Below, one piece after another: positions 9,866 through 19,014 of a DNA stretch of 64,000 bases. The stretch spans positions 18,429-82,428 of the forward strand of contig JAJZIM010000002.1 in NCBI GenBank assembly GCA_021810565.1. Direction: 5' to 3'. The notes under the pieces were generated by a model. That model was not told the DNA's origin and did not search any database. It was given only the letters and a program-made list of their open reading frames with translations. Both the position numbers and the translations under genes were made by a program. The number at the start of each line of letters is the position of its first letter. The first letter of the stretch is position 1. The DNA comes from Bacillota bacterium. Its GTDB lineage: Bacteria; Bacillota; Sulfobacillia; JAJZIM01.

Positions 9866-9993
9866 GCGTCAGCCCCCCTTGCCGTCTCCGGCGCTCGCAG
9901 GTTATGTATCATCCTCGGGGAAGGTGCCGTTCGTCGGGCCGCGGCGCAAGGAACCATCCGTTCCGTCCGCGGATATTATGTAACCGGGGTCCG

Positions 9994-11013
9994 TCAGTCC
10001 AAAGCGGCCCGGTACACGGCGCAGGTCTCCCGAGCCGTGCGCTCCCAGCTGAAGTCCCGGGCGCGGGCGCGGCCCCGCTCGGCCAACTCGCTGCGCCACC
10101 GGGGATCCTCCAGCGCCCGGACCATGGCCGCCGCCAACTGGACCGGGTCCGCCGGATCCACCGCCGCGACGGCATCCCCCCCCACCTCCCGCAGCACCTG
10201 GATCCGCGAGGCGATGACCGGCGTGCCCAAGCTCATGGCCTCCAGCACCGGCAGGCCGAACCCCTCCCCCCGGCTGGGATACAGCAGGGCGACGGCCTGG
10301 TCCATCAGGGCCGCCAGGGTCGCGGAAGTCAGATAGCCCGTGAGCACCAGCCGGGGATCACCGGCGAGGCCCGCCGCCTGAACTTGCTGCACCACCCGCC
10401 GCCGCGCGTCCCGCGGGCAGCACATCAATAGCCGGCAGGGCAGGGAGGGCGGCAACCGGCGCCACGCCTCCAGCACCCCGGAGAGGTTCTTGCGGGGAAA
10501 GGCGCCCGCCAGGTGCAGGAAGAAGGAGCCGTAAAGAGCGTACCTTGCGCGGACCTGATCCCGCTGGGCCGGATCGGGAGGCCGCAAGGTCGGCGCCAAG
10601 GGCACCACCGCTATGCGTTCGGCCGCCACCCCCGCTCGCTGCCGCAGCTCGTGAGCCGTGACCTGGGAAGGTGCCAGCACCCGTCGCGCCTGAGCCACGG
10701 CCCGACGCAGCGACTCTTTCAGCAGCCGCCGCACCCGAGGTGGATACTCCTCCGGAAGCTCCTCAAAGAGCAGGTCGTGGACGCTCACCACCAGGGGATG
10801 CGCCAGCCCCACCCGGGGCGAGAAGAAAAGCGGATGGTGCACCAGATCCACCCTCGTCGGCGGCCCGGCCAATTCGGAGCCCTTCCAAAGCACCACCCCG
10901 ACCCCCGTCGCCCGGTCCAAGGCTTCGGCCAAGCGCCGGGGGTATAACTGCAGGCCGGTGGCCTCCCCGCCCAGGGCCGCCAGGTCCAGCGCCACCCGCA
11001 GCGGCCTAGTCAT
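9994..11013 (-). CDS. glycosyltransferase GT4
   Basis: 339 aa: ...SRGEGFGLPVLEAMSLGTPVIASR... (GT4 EX7E region). Its start overlaps the stop of the upstream 654-aa ORF by 8 nt. Confidence 0.8.
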   Translation of the reverse strand: MTRPLRVALDLAALGGEATGLQLYPRRLAEALDRATGVGVVLWKGSELAGPPTRVDLVHHPLFFSPRVGLAHPLVVSVHDLLFEELPEEYPPRVRRLLKESLRRAVAQARRVLAPSQVTAHELRQRAGVAAERIAVVPLAPTLRPPDPAQRDQVRARYALYGSFFLHLAGAFPRKNLSGVLEAWRRLPPSLPCRLLMCCPRDARRRVVQQVQAAGLAGDPRLVLTGYLTSATLAALMDQAVALLYPSRGEGFGLPVLEAMSLGTPVIASRIQVLREVGGDAVAAVDPADPVQLAAAMVRALEDPRWRSELAERGRARARDFSWERTARETCAVYRAALD

Positions 11014-12967
11014 CCGGTCGGATGACCAGGTCCCACAGGCGATATTCCACCGCGAGGAGGCACTCCCAGCCCTCCGCAGCGGGACCGGTCTTTGCGGCCC
11101 GGGTCCGCAGGCAAACCCGCATACCCGGTCTGGCGGTCTCCACGGGCAGCCGAAGGTTGAAGGGCGCCTCGCGCCACCAGTGCAGCGCCTCCCAACGCAG
11201 CCGGCCCTGGACGAGGACGAAGCCGCGCCCAGCCGTGCCCCTGATCTCGCGCACCCTTGCCGTCAAGCCACCCTCCGCCGCCGGCGGCTGCCAACGCACC
11301 GGCACCGACAGCTCCCCCCGCTCCCGCAATCGCGCCGCCGTCCGCAGCCGGGTGGGCGCACCGGTTCCCTTGCTGCGAAGCCTAAGCGGCGTCTCCCGCA
11401 GGAGCAGCGCCTGGGCCTCCACCACCAGCCAGCCGCGTACTCCCCCCGGCACCGCCTCCCAGCGTTCCCCCACCAACCGCACTCGGCCCAGCGCCACCCC
11501 TCCCGGTCCCGGTGCCGGGCCAGGCAGGTGCACCTCCACTCGCCGCCTCGTCTCCCAGCGGCTCGCACGCCCCAGAGGGTCCGCCGCCGCGAGCTCCACC
11601 CGCAACCAGCCGCCTACCAGCACCCCGCCCGCCGTGACCCAGGCCCCGCGGGAGCGCAAAGTGCCCGAGGCGTTCAACCCCGTGGCGGCCGACACGGGTC
11701 GGCGCACGAATATCCGGCGCACCGTGCGCCGCCGGAGTCTGGCGATCAGGCGCGGCAGCAGGCAGCTGACGCCCGACCCCTGGGCTTCCTCGACCAATAG
11801 CGGCAGCAGCCGGGAGCGGCTGACCTCCAGCTGCACGGATACCACCAGCCGCACCGTGCTCCGAGGGACGCCCATGCCTTCGAGTTGCAAGCGGGGCCGG
11901 GCACGCATGCCCCTCTTGGCCTCGGGCACGCCCAGCACGGTTTCCCATCGCCGCGCCACGCTAAGCCGGCGCAAGACACCGTCGCCCTCCGCCAGCAACT
12001 GTCCGCCCACCCTGGCCTCCACCAGCACCCTGCCGGAAAGGACCCGTGCCAGGGCAGGCCCCGCCTCGGGGATGAAGCGCAACGCCCGCCACCCCGGCGG
12101 CAGCTCCAGAGGCAGTTCCAGGAGGGTGCTGGAGCTTTTCCGAGTGACCAACTGCTCCGCCGCCACCAGCGCCCGGGGCAGCCCGGAGCCGCGCCGCGTA
12201 CAGGCCACCTCCCGCCACCCGACGCTAAGCCGGCGCACCCGCACCGTCAGGGGGATCGCCAGCAACATCCACCAGCCGCCGGCGGCCAACCGCGCTTCGG
12301 GTTCCCCCGGCCGCGCTTCCCAGCGCACCTCGTCCCCCGGCACGCATCCCGCCAGGGGCAGGAAAACGTCCCAGGAGGTGCGCCCCTCGAACCGGTGCAT
12401 GGTGCCGTCGAAGGCCGTACAGGCCACCCGCAGCGCCAGAGTGCCCGCAAGGCGTATGCCACCGACCAGCGCCTCGCCCCGCACCGCCTCCGACCGGGCC
12501 CGCACCGTGTTCAGATCCCGGGCCCGGGCTTGCAGCAGCCGGCCCACGCTCACCAAGAGTTCGGTTCCGGTCTGCCCCGCCGGACAGGGCAGCCGGATGG
12601 TGACCCAACGCACCGCATCCCGCGGCTCGGAGGGAACGGACTCCAGCTCCAAGCGGGTGTGCAGGGTGACCCATGCGGGATCCGTATCCTCCAGCACGTA
12701 GGCCACGGCCCCGGAGCGCACCGTCAGCTCCCAGCCCTCCTCCGACAGGAAGGGACAGGGGATGCCGAACCGCATCTCCCCCGCGCAGCGTTCCACCGAA
12801 CCGTCGGTGGCCAGGTAGCGCATGGCCCAGCTCCACACGCCCTCCACCACCCCTGCCGCCTCGCCGTCGTGCCACCACCGCTCCACCCTGCCCAGCACCT
12901 CGCTCACGCCGGCCGCCGGCTTCGCCAACGCCACCCGGCACAGCAGCGGAAAACCGCGCCCCGGCAT
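11006..12967 (-). CDS. hypothetical protein, 654 aa, no family recognised by me
   Basis: ORF 11006..13705 trimmed to M247 (cat at 12965-12967), because the first 246 codons overlap the clearly real GT4 at 12979..13962 in another frame. Composition is protein-like (W/F/Y/C/D/E present, alternating hydrophobics). The opposite-strand ORF 11022..12701 is an S/T/R/P low-complexity artefact. Tightly coupled to both neighbours. Confidence 0.55.
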   Translation of the reverse strand: MPGRGFPLLCRVALAKPAAGVSEVLGRVERWWHDGEAAGVVEGVWSWAMRYLATDGSVERCAGEMRFGIPCPFLSEEGWELTVRSGAVAYVLEDTDPAWVTLHTRLELESVPSEPRDAVRWVTIRLPCPAGQTGTELLVSVGRLLQARARDLNTVRARSEAVRGEALVGGIRLAGTLALRVACTAFDGTMHRFEGRTSWDVFLPLAGCVPGDEVRWEARPGEPEARLAAGGWWMLLAIPLTVRVRRLSVGWREVACTRRGSGLPRALVAAEQLVTRKSSSTLLELPLELPPGWRALRFIPEAGPALARVLSGRVLVEARVGGQLLAEGDGVLRRLSVARRWETVLGVPEAKRGMRARPRLQLEGMGVPRSTVRLVVSVQLEVSRSRLLPLLVEEAQGSGVSCLLPRLIARLRRRTVRRIFVRRPVSAATGLNASGTLRSRGAWVTAGGVLVGGWLRVELAAADPLGRASRWETRRRVEVHLPGPAPGPGGVALGRVRLVGERWEAVPGGVRGWLVVEAQALLLRETPLRLRSKGTGAPTRLRTAARLRERGELSVPVRWQPPAAEGGLTARVREIRGTAGRGFVLVQGRLRWEALHWWREAPFNLRLPVETARPGMRVCLRTRAAKTGPAAEGWECLLAVEYRLWDLVIRPDD

Positions 12968-12978
12968 GCCCGGCTTCC

Positions 12979-13962
12979 TCAGCGCTCCAGGCACGAGCGA
13001 TACACCTCCAGGGTGCGCCGGGCGGTGAGGGACCACGAGAACCGCCGCAGGCGCCGCCCGGCCCGCCCGGTACGCGGCTCCCGCCAGGCCGCCAGCACCG
13101 CTTCCCGGATGGTCTCGGGCCGCCCCGGATCGCAGTAGCGGGCGTGAGGCCCCAGGTAGGCGGCGGCGGTCCCCCGATCGGTGCTCACCACGTTGCACCC
13201 GGCCACCGCCGCCTCCAGGCTGGCCAGGCCGGGCAGCTCGTACCAACTGGCCAGCGCATGCACCCGTGCTCCGACGAAGGCCGCCCCCAGCGCCGTCCCC
13301 CGGGCCGGGCCGCAAAAGCGCACCTGTTCCCCCGCGGCCGCCCGGCACCGCCGGAGGTACCAAGGATCGTTGACCGGCCCCAGGATCACCAGCGGCAGCC
13401 CGAGCGGCCGCAGCGCCTCGATGAGCGCCAGTTGATTTTTCTGGGGGGTGATGCGGCCCACGCACAGCACGTAGGCGCCCTCTCCCGACGCCGAGGCAGG
13501 CCGGCCCTCCTGGTCGCAGGCCAGGGGCACCACCGTGCTGGGTACCCCCTCGGAGCGCAATAGCGCCGCCTCCGCCTCCCCCGTGGTCAGCACGGCCCGG
13601 GCGTGGGACAGCACCTTGCGCCGCCAGGGCAGGTCCCGCCGCCAGCGCAGCACCTCCTCGCCCTCCGCCTGGGGGCAGCGGCACATATATTCCTCCAGGT
13701 CCCAATACATGGGGGTTAGCACGTAGGGGACGCCGTGCTCCGAGGCGTGCTGAGCCATCAGTCCGAGCTCATGGATGCGGGACAGGTTGAACAGGTGCAC
13801 CAAGTCGCAGCCCCTCAGGTCCGGCCGCAGCTCGGTGGACACCTGTGCCGCGACCCCCCGCTCCCGCAAGGCCGCCACGGTGCGGCGCACCAGGAGGGTG
13901 TCCCCGGCCGGCAGCGCCCACAGGTCGGGTCTCCCCTGCAGCAGCACACGCAAGGGCCTCAC
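12979..13962 (-). CDS. glycosyltransferase GT4
   Basis: 327 aa: MRPLRVLLQGRPDLW...ITPQKNQLALIEAL...WYELPGLASLEAAVAGCNVVSTDRG. Confidence 0.8.
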   Translation of the reverse strand: MRPLRVLLQGRPDLWALPAGDTLLVRRTVAALRERGVAAQVSTELRPDLRGCDLVHLFNLSRIHELGLMAQHASEHGVPYVLTPMYWDLEEYMCRCPQAEGEEVLRWRRDLPWRRKVLSHARAVLTTGEAEAALLRSEGVPSTVVPLACDQEGRPASASGEGAYVLCVGRITPQKNQLALIEALRPLGLPLVILGPVNDPWYLRRCRAAAGEQVRFCGPARGTALGAAFVGARVHALASWYELPGLASLEAAVAGCNVVSTDRGTAAAYLGPHARYCDPGRPETIREAVLAAWREPRTGRAGRRLRRFSWSLTARRTLEVYRSCLER

Positions 13963-14029
13963 CTCCCAACGAAAAACAGGTATCTGCGGGTGGATACCTG
14001 TTTCCCCTCCCCAGCGCAGGCGCTACGGC

Positions 14030-15637
14030 TCAAGGATCGCACACGTGGAGCTGTTGGAACTCGGTCACCGTGACGTCGCAATGGATGATGACCTTCTGGG
14101 TCAGCGCACCGGTGTCCGGAACGAACTCCCACAGCAGGTTCTCCACGTGGCAATGCTCGTGCTCCTGCATGCCTTCCTGGACCGGCACCTCCGGGTTCAG
14201 GGGGGTGACCTCCACCATCTCGCTGAAGTCCACATCCTCGAACTCGTGGTGCACCAGGCCGTCGGTCTTGCCCACGAAGTAGATCTGCTTGTGCAGCACG
14301 CCCTGGATGATCACCTTGCCCGCCTTGACGATGGAGACTACGTCCCGCAGGGTGGCGGTGATGTCGACGATCTTCAGGCCGGGAATGGTGATGGTACGCT
14401 CGATGAATTTCTGCTTGTGGCCGCGCCCGATCACCACCGGGGTCTTGATGAAATATCCGTAGGGGGACAGGCACACGGGGATCTCGCGGAACTCATCCAC
14501 CGTTACCTGCACCAGGATGATCACCTTCTGGATCAGCTGACCCGTGGCGGGATCGAACTCCCAGATCAGGTTCTCCACCACGGAGTGGTCCTGCTCGTGC
14601 ATCCCCTCCCGCACCGGCACCGCCGGGTCCAGGGGGGCAACCTCCACCATCTCGCTCCAGGGAACGTCCTCGGCCACGTGATGCACGATGCTGTCCGTGC
14701 CCACGTAGTAGATTTGCTTGTGCAAGGTGCCCTGGACGATGACCTTGCCGGTCTTGACGTGAGAGTGCACCCCGGTAAGCTTCGCCTCGATGTCCACGAT
14801 CTTGACCGCATCGGGGAGCAGGGTCTCGTGGCGCAGGAACTTCTGCTTCTGACCATGCCCGACCACCAGCTTGGCTTCGATGTACGGACCGAAGGGATCC
14901 TCCAGCACGCTGATCTCTTGGGTCTGGGTGACCTTGATGCACAGGTTCAGAATGACCTTCTGGATCAATTGCGCGGTGGCGGGATCATACTCCCAGATCA
15001 GGTTCTCCACGTAGGAGTGGTCCTGCTGGTTCATCCCCGGCTGCACCGGCACGGCGGGATCCACCGGGGGTATCTCCACCAACTCGCTCCACTCGATGTC
15101 CTCGGCCAGGTGGTGCTCCAGGTTGTCTGGTCCGACATAGTAGATCTGCTTGTGCAGGGTGCCCTGCACGATCACCTTGCCTTCCTTCACTATCGAGCGC
15201 ACGTGCACCAAGCTAGGGACGATGTCGACGATCTTCACCGCTTCCAGGCTGATGATCTCCTCGATGAACTTCTGCCTGCAGTTCTCTCCGACGACCACCT
15301 CGGCCTTGATGAGCACCTTCTCCGGCGTCTCCACGCTATCCATGGCTATCCCCCCTTCGCCTCCCGCTCCCGGAACGACCGCTTCCACCACCACGCTGGC
15401 ACCCCGGATCTCCTCCTCCTGCATCGGTTTGGCCGCCTCTTCCTCCCCCGGCTCCGCCTCCTGGCCAGGAGGCATCGCCGCGTCCGGGCCGATGAGCGAC
15501 CCCTGCACCTCGGGCGGCTCCTCGACTAGCAGGTGCTCCCGCGCCGCTGCCGCCTCCGCCGCCATCGCTCCCGCCAACCGGCCGCCCCCCAGGGCGCTCC
15601 GCGCCCGCGACACCCAATCCCTCAGCAACCTGTGCAC
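14030..15637 (-). CDS. tandem-repeat DUF3794/SPOCS-like protein (spore-coat-assembly-type domain), 3 x ~144-aa modules
   Basis: 535 aa. The motif KIVDI...GKVIVQGTLHKQIYYVG..HH.AEDV.WSEMVEV.PLDP.VPV.EGM...DH.VENLIWEFDP.TG.LIQKVI starts at aa 135, 279 and 422. The acidic N-terminal linker and the true start (several in-frame M) are uncertain. The SPOCS assignment is from memory of Pfam PF12673. Confidence 0.7.
   Translation of the reverse strand: MHRLLRDWVSRARSALGGGRLAGAMAAEAAAAREHLLVEEPPEVQGSLIGPDAAMPPGQEAEPGEEEAAKPMQEEEIRGASVVVEAVVPGAGGEGGIAMDSVETPEKVLIKAEVVVGENCRQKFIEEIISLEAVKIVDIVPSLVHVRSIVKEGKVIVQGTLHKQIYYVGPDNLEHHLAEDIEWSELVEIPPVDPAVPVQPGMNQQDHSYVENLIWEYDPATAQLIQKVILNLCIKVTQTQEISVLEDPFGPYIEAKLVVGHGQKQKFLRHETLLPDAVKIVDIEAKLTGVHSHVKTGKVIVQGTLHKQIYYVGTDSIVHHVAEDVPWSEMVEVAPLDPAVPVREGMHEQDHSVVENLIWEFDPATGQLIQKVIILVQVTVDEFREIPVCLSPYGYFIKTPVVIGRGHKQKFIERTITIPGLKIVDITATLRDVVSIVKAGKVIIQGVLHKQIYFVGKTDGLVHHEFEDVDFSEMVEVTPLNPEVPVQEGMQEHEHCHVENLLWEFVPDTGALTQKVIIHCDVTVTEFQQLHVCDP
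14033..15328 (-). repeat. three ~432-nt tandem direct repeats inside the SPOCS-like CDS
   Basis: Nucleotide-level repeats, e.g. ctgcttgtgcag(c/g)(a/g)(c/t)gccctg(g/c)a(t/c)gat(c/g)accttgcc at ~14283, ~14712 and ~15146 (spacing 429/434). Confidence 0.8.
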
Positions 15638-15805
15638 ACCTCCTGGCCCACACCGCTTCTCGCCCGCCCGCCACGGTTGCCGATACCACGATATGCCGGG
15701 CCACCGCTTATGTTACAGCGGCTGATTTTTCTCTTTCGGGAAACGACTGATCCCGTCATGCGACGGTTGCAGCCGGCCTCTCCCGCAGGCCGGACGCGGA
15801 GTGGG

Positions 15806-16861
15806 TCAGGGGGAGAGCACCACCTCCGTGACCACCTGCAAAGGCATCAGCCGCTCGGTGCCGTCTTCCACCACGTCCACCCACACCGTGCGACGCTCCA
15901 CCCGGACGATCCCCGGCCCCGTGACGTCGGTGGCCACCTCCACCGTCCGGCCGTCCTGACGGATGGCCACCCGGGACACCCGGATCCCCGGCCCGCGCAC
16001 GTCCTGCACCACCTGCACCACCTCGTCGAAAATGATGGCCACCACCTCGATCAGCAGCACCGCCTTCAGACGCAGCAGGCCCCGCACCGGCAGGAGTTCC
16101 GGGATCAAGAACTCCACCTTCACCGCCACCTCCACCGAGGCACCCGGCTGCAAAGCCGGCAGCGGCAGCGCGTGGGTGAAGGCGACATCCTCGACGGCCA
16201 GTCGCACCACGCCTTCTGTCGTCACGTAGTAGAGCTGCTGGTGCAGCACGCCGCTCACCACCACCGACCCGTTGATCTGGCGGTAGGTCACGTCTTGCAC
16301 CTCGGCCGTGACCCCCTTGATCTTGACGGCCACCAGCGGCAGCTCCCGCACCAGGAGGACCTGCGCCCGGGTCTCGAAGACCGCTCCCACCAGGATAGGC
16401 CGCTTCAACACGCAGATGAACTCCCGGATGTGCTCCACCAGCACCTGCCGGCTGGCCTCCCCCACCACGGTCCCGTCCGCGGCGAAGACCCGCGCCTGCA
16501 CCACCAGCACGATCTGCTGCAAGAGCCGCGCATGGTCCGTGCTGAGGCGCCAGATCAGGTATTCCACCTCGGCCCTGGCCACCACTCCCATGCCGGGGGC
16601 CGTCCCGGGCACCTCCAACGCGCAGCTGAAGGGCACCTCCTCCGCCTCGTGGCGGACGATGTTGTCGACCCCCACATAGAAGACCTGCTTTTGCACCATC
16701 CCCTGAATGATGACTTGGTTGGTGACCGGCTGCGCGGCGAGGTTTTGGACCTGAGCGGTCACCTCCTTGATCTTGCGGACCGGACAGGTGCCGGCCTGAG
16801 CGCGCTCCCCCGCCAGTTGCCCCGCCGTGCCGTTCAATCCCCCCTCCTCCCTTCCCTCCAT
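15806..16861 (-). CDS. DUF3794/SPOCS-like protein (2 modules), paralogous to 14030..15637
   Basis: 351 aa containing VIIQGMVQKQVFYVGVDNIVRHEAEEVPFS and VVVSGVLHQQLYYVTTEGVVRLAVEDVAF, the same module signature as the neighbouring gene. Confidence 0.65.
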   Translation of the reverse strand: MEGREEGGLNGTAGQLAGERAQAGTCPVRKIKEVTAQVQNLAAQPVTNQVIIQGMVQKQVFYVGVDNIVRHEAEEVPFSCALEVPGTAPGMGVVARAEVEYLIWRLSTDHARLLQQIVLVVQARVFAADGTVVGEASRQVLVEHIREFICVLKRPILVGAVFETRAQVLLVRELPLVAVKIKGVTAEVQDVTYRQINGSVVVSGVLHQQLYYVTTEGVVRLAVEDVAFTHALPLPALQPGASVEVAVKVEFLIPELLPVRGLLRLKAVLLIEVVAIIFDEVVQVVQDVRGPGIRVSRVAIRQDGRTVEVATDVTGPGIVRVERRTVWVDVVEDGTERLMPLQVVTEVVLSP

Positions 16862-16943
16862 GGTTATGTAAAAAGCGTCCCGATTGCCCCCGACAAAAAA
16901 AGGGCCGCCCCGGGGGGGGGGCGACCCTTTGGATCCGGTCTGG

Positions 16944-18521
16944 TCAGTTGCCGGAGGCCTGGCTCAACAGCAGCGCCTGCTCGTCGCCGATGTTCTTGAC
17001 CTCCTCGGTGGTTATACCGCTGGCGATGCCGGCGTAGAAGGCGATGAGGCTGCCCACCGCCACCACCACCATGTCCCAGGGATACGGCAGGAGCTTGATT
17101 CCGCCGAAGCTGCCCAGATAGGAGACCACGATCATGAAGATCAGGAAGGCGATCAGCCAAATCCCGGCCTTGGCGTGGGAAACCTCCAGTTTGTTCTTGA
17201 CGTGGAAGTAGTAGTACAAGGGCAGGCCCACGGCCATGGCGATGAGCACGTCGCCGGTGATGGGCCAGCCTGCCCAGTAGATGATCAGGCTGGCGATTAC
17301 GAAGGCCACCGGAGCGATGATGGACATTCCGGCCAGGTGCAGGGGGCGGCGGGCCTGGGGCGCGGTGCGCCGCAGGACCAGGGCGGCCACCGGCCCCACG
17401 ATGTAGGTGAAGACGACGGCGGTGGATACGATGCCCACCAGCTTGCTCCAGCCCGGGAAGGGCAAAAGGAGCAAGAGGCCGATGACGGTGCTGGTGATCA
17501 GGCCGACGTAGGGCACGCCGCGGGCGTTGAGGATGGCGAAAGAGGACGGCCAGTAGCCGTTCTTGGTCAAGGCCAGGGACACCCGCGGCGTGGAGGCGGT
17601 GTATACGATGCCGGTGCCGCCCGGGGACAGCACGGCGTCGGCCAAAAGCAGCGAGGCCAGCCAGCCCAGGCCCAAGGCGCCCGCCACATCGGCGAAGGGA
17701 GCGCTGAAGGACAGCTTGGCCCAGCCGTGGGCCAGCGCCGCAGGCTGCACCGCGCCTATGAAGGCCACCTGCAGCAACACGTACAGCACGATGCCGATGA
17801 TGATGGCGATGATCACCGCCCGGGGCACGTCTCGTTGCGGGTTCTTGGCCTCCCCGGCCATGTCTACCGCCTGGCGAAAGCCCAGGTAGGCGAAGACCAC
17901 CCCACCGGTGGCGATGGCGGTGAGGACGCCGGACGATCCGCTGGGAGCGAACCCGTGGCTGGAGAAGTTGCTGGCGTGGATCCCCACCGCGAACAGCACG
18001 ATCAGGGTCAAGGATGGCACCAGGAACTTCAGGATGGTGATCTTGGTGTTCACCGTGGCGAACAGTCGCACGCCGTAGAAATTGACGAGAAAGAAGACGA
18101 CCATCAACAGCGCCGACACCAGGATGCCGGTGGGCGTCAGGCTGCCCTTGGCGAACAAGCCGTGGAGCCAGTGGTTGGCGTACTGGGTCACCGCCTCGGC
18201 CTCGATGGGCGGCACGGTGCAGTAGCCGATCCAGGCGGCCCAGCCCATGAGGAAGCTGACCAGCGTGCCGTGGGAGTACTGGGGATAGCGCACCACGCCG
18301 CCGGCCTGGGGCAGCATGCCCCCCAACTCCGCATAGACCAAGCCGATGAGCATCACGGCGATGCCGCCGATGATCCACGAATAGATGGCGGCGGGTCCGG
18401 CCAGGTTGGCGGCCACCAGTGCCCCGAACAGCCAGCCGGAACCGATGATGGCGCCCAGAGAGGACATGGTCAAATCCAATAGGCCAAGCTCGCGTTTCAG
18501 ACCGCCCGATCCTGAGGTCAT
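16944..18521 (-). CDS. APC-family amino-acid/polyamine permease
   Basis: 525 aa, 12-TM pattern, SLGAIIGSGWLFG N-terminal consensus of APC transporters. Confidence 0.85.
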   Translation of the reverse strand: MTSGSGGLKRELGLLDLTMSSLGAIIGSGWLFGALVAANLAGPAAIYSWIIGGIAVMLIGLVYAELGGMLPQAGGVVRYPQYSHGTLVSFLMGWAAWIGYCTVPPIEAEAVTQYANHWLHGLFAKGSLTPTGILVSALLMVVFFLVNFYGVRLFATVNTKITILKFLVPSLTLIVLFAVGIHASNFSSHGFAPSGSSGVLTAIATGGVVFAYLGFRQAVDMAGEAKNPQRDVPRAVIIAIIIGIVLYVLLQVAFIGAVQPAALAHGWAKLSFSAPFADVAGALGLGWLASLLLADAVLSPGGTGIVYTASTPRVSLALTKNGYWPSSFAILNARGVPYVGLITSTVIGLLLLLPFPGWSKLVGIVSTAVVFTYIVGPVAALVLRRTAPQARRPLHLAGMSIIAPVAFVIASLIIYWAGWPITGDVLIAMAVGLPLYYYFHVKNKLEVSHAKAGIWLIAFLIFMIVVSYLGSFGGIKLLPYPWDMVVVAVGSLIAFYAGIASGITTEEVKNIGDEQALLLSQASGN

Positions 18522-18642
18522 ATGTATCCCTCCCGCAGATTATTGGCACCCCCCCCTCGTGCTTTCTGTCGGCCTCACCCCCTCTGCGCAAATTATGCTC
18601 GCTTGCGTTAAGATTTCTACGCCTCGCTCTATTCTCCTTTTT

Positions 18643-19014
18643 TCAGTCCGTTGTCGATCCGTCCCGCGGCGCGATGTCCGGCCGGTGCGGATCGTATTCC
18701 CTGGACAGGAGCACCGCCAGGACGCTGGCCTGCAGCGCCCACACCCGGTGCTCCTCCCCCGGGCGAACGATGAAATACCAGCCGGCCGCGATCTCCTCCC
18801 GGGCCAGCCGGCCGGTACGCCCGTCCCGCACCTCCAGGCGCACCCGACCGGACACCACGTAGAAAAGTTCCTCGGTGCGGGCATGGAGATGCCCGCCGCG
18901 GCAGGCGCCCGCCCTCAGGCGCAGGACGTTCAGCTGCCGCCAGCGGCCCTGGGCCACCTGCACCAGTTCCCCGCGCTCGTCCGCCCGCCGCTGCTGCGGC
19001 CGCCGCCTTCTCAT
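18643..19014 (-). CDS. small cupin-domain protein (possibly sugar ketoisomerase/epimerase-like given context)
   Basis: ORF trimmed to M28 (ATGA overlap with upstream epimerase stop). Cupin motif 1 is GGHLHARTEELFYVVSG (G-x-H-x-H-x3-E-x6-G). Confidence 0.6.
   Translation of the reverse strand: MRRRRPQQRRADERGELVQVAQGRWRQLNVLRLRAGACRGGHLHARTEELFYVVSGRVRLEVRDGRTGRLAREEIAAGWYFIVRPGEEHRVWALQASVLAVLLSREYDPHRPDIAPRDGSTTD

Noticed and set aside
9866-9993. TTACATAATAT / TGATACAT elements in the 128-nt gap upstream of the NDP-sugar pyrophosphorylase as a promoter
   Set aside because: A -10-like TAATAT is present but I could not pair it with a credible -35 at 16-18 nt. Left as unassigned.
11022-12701. 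559-aa plus-strand ORF opposite the 654-aa hypothetical gene
   Set aside because: S/T/R/P-rich low-complexity sequence with no hydrophobic core pattern. The minus-strand partner is protein-like and operon-coupled.
16864-18591. 575-aa minus-strand ORF overlapping the APC permease in another frame
   Set aside because: The APC permease frame carries the conserved transporter motifs. This alternate frame is G/R/P-rich and lacks any TM periodicity.
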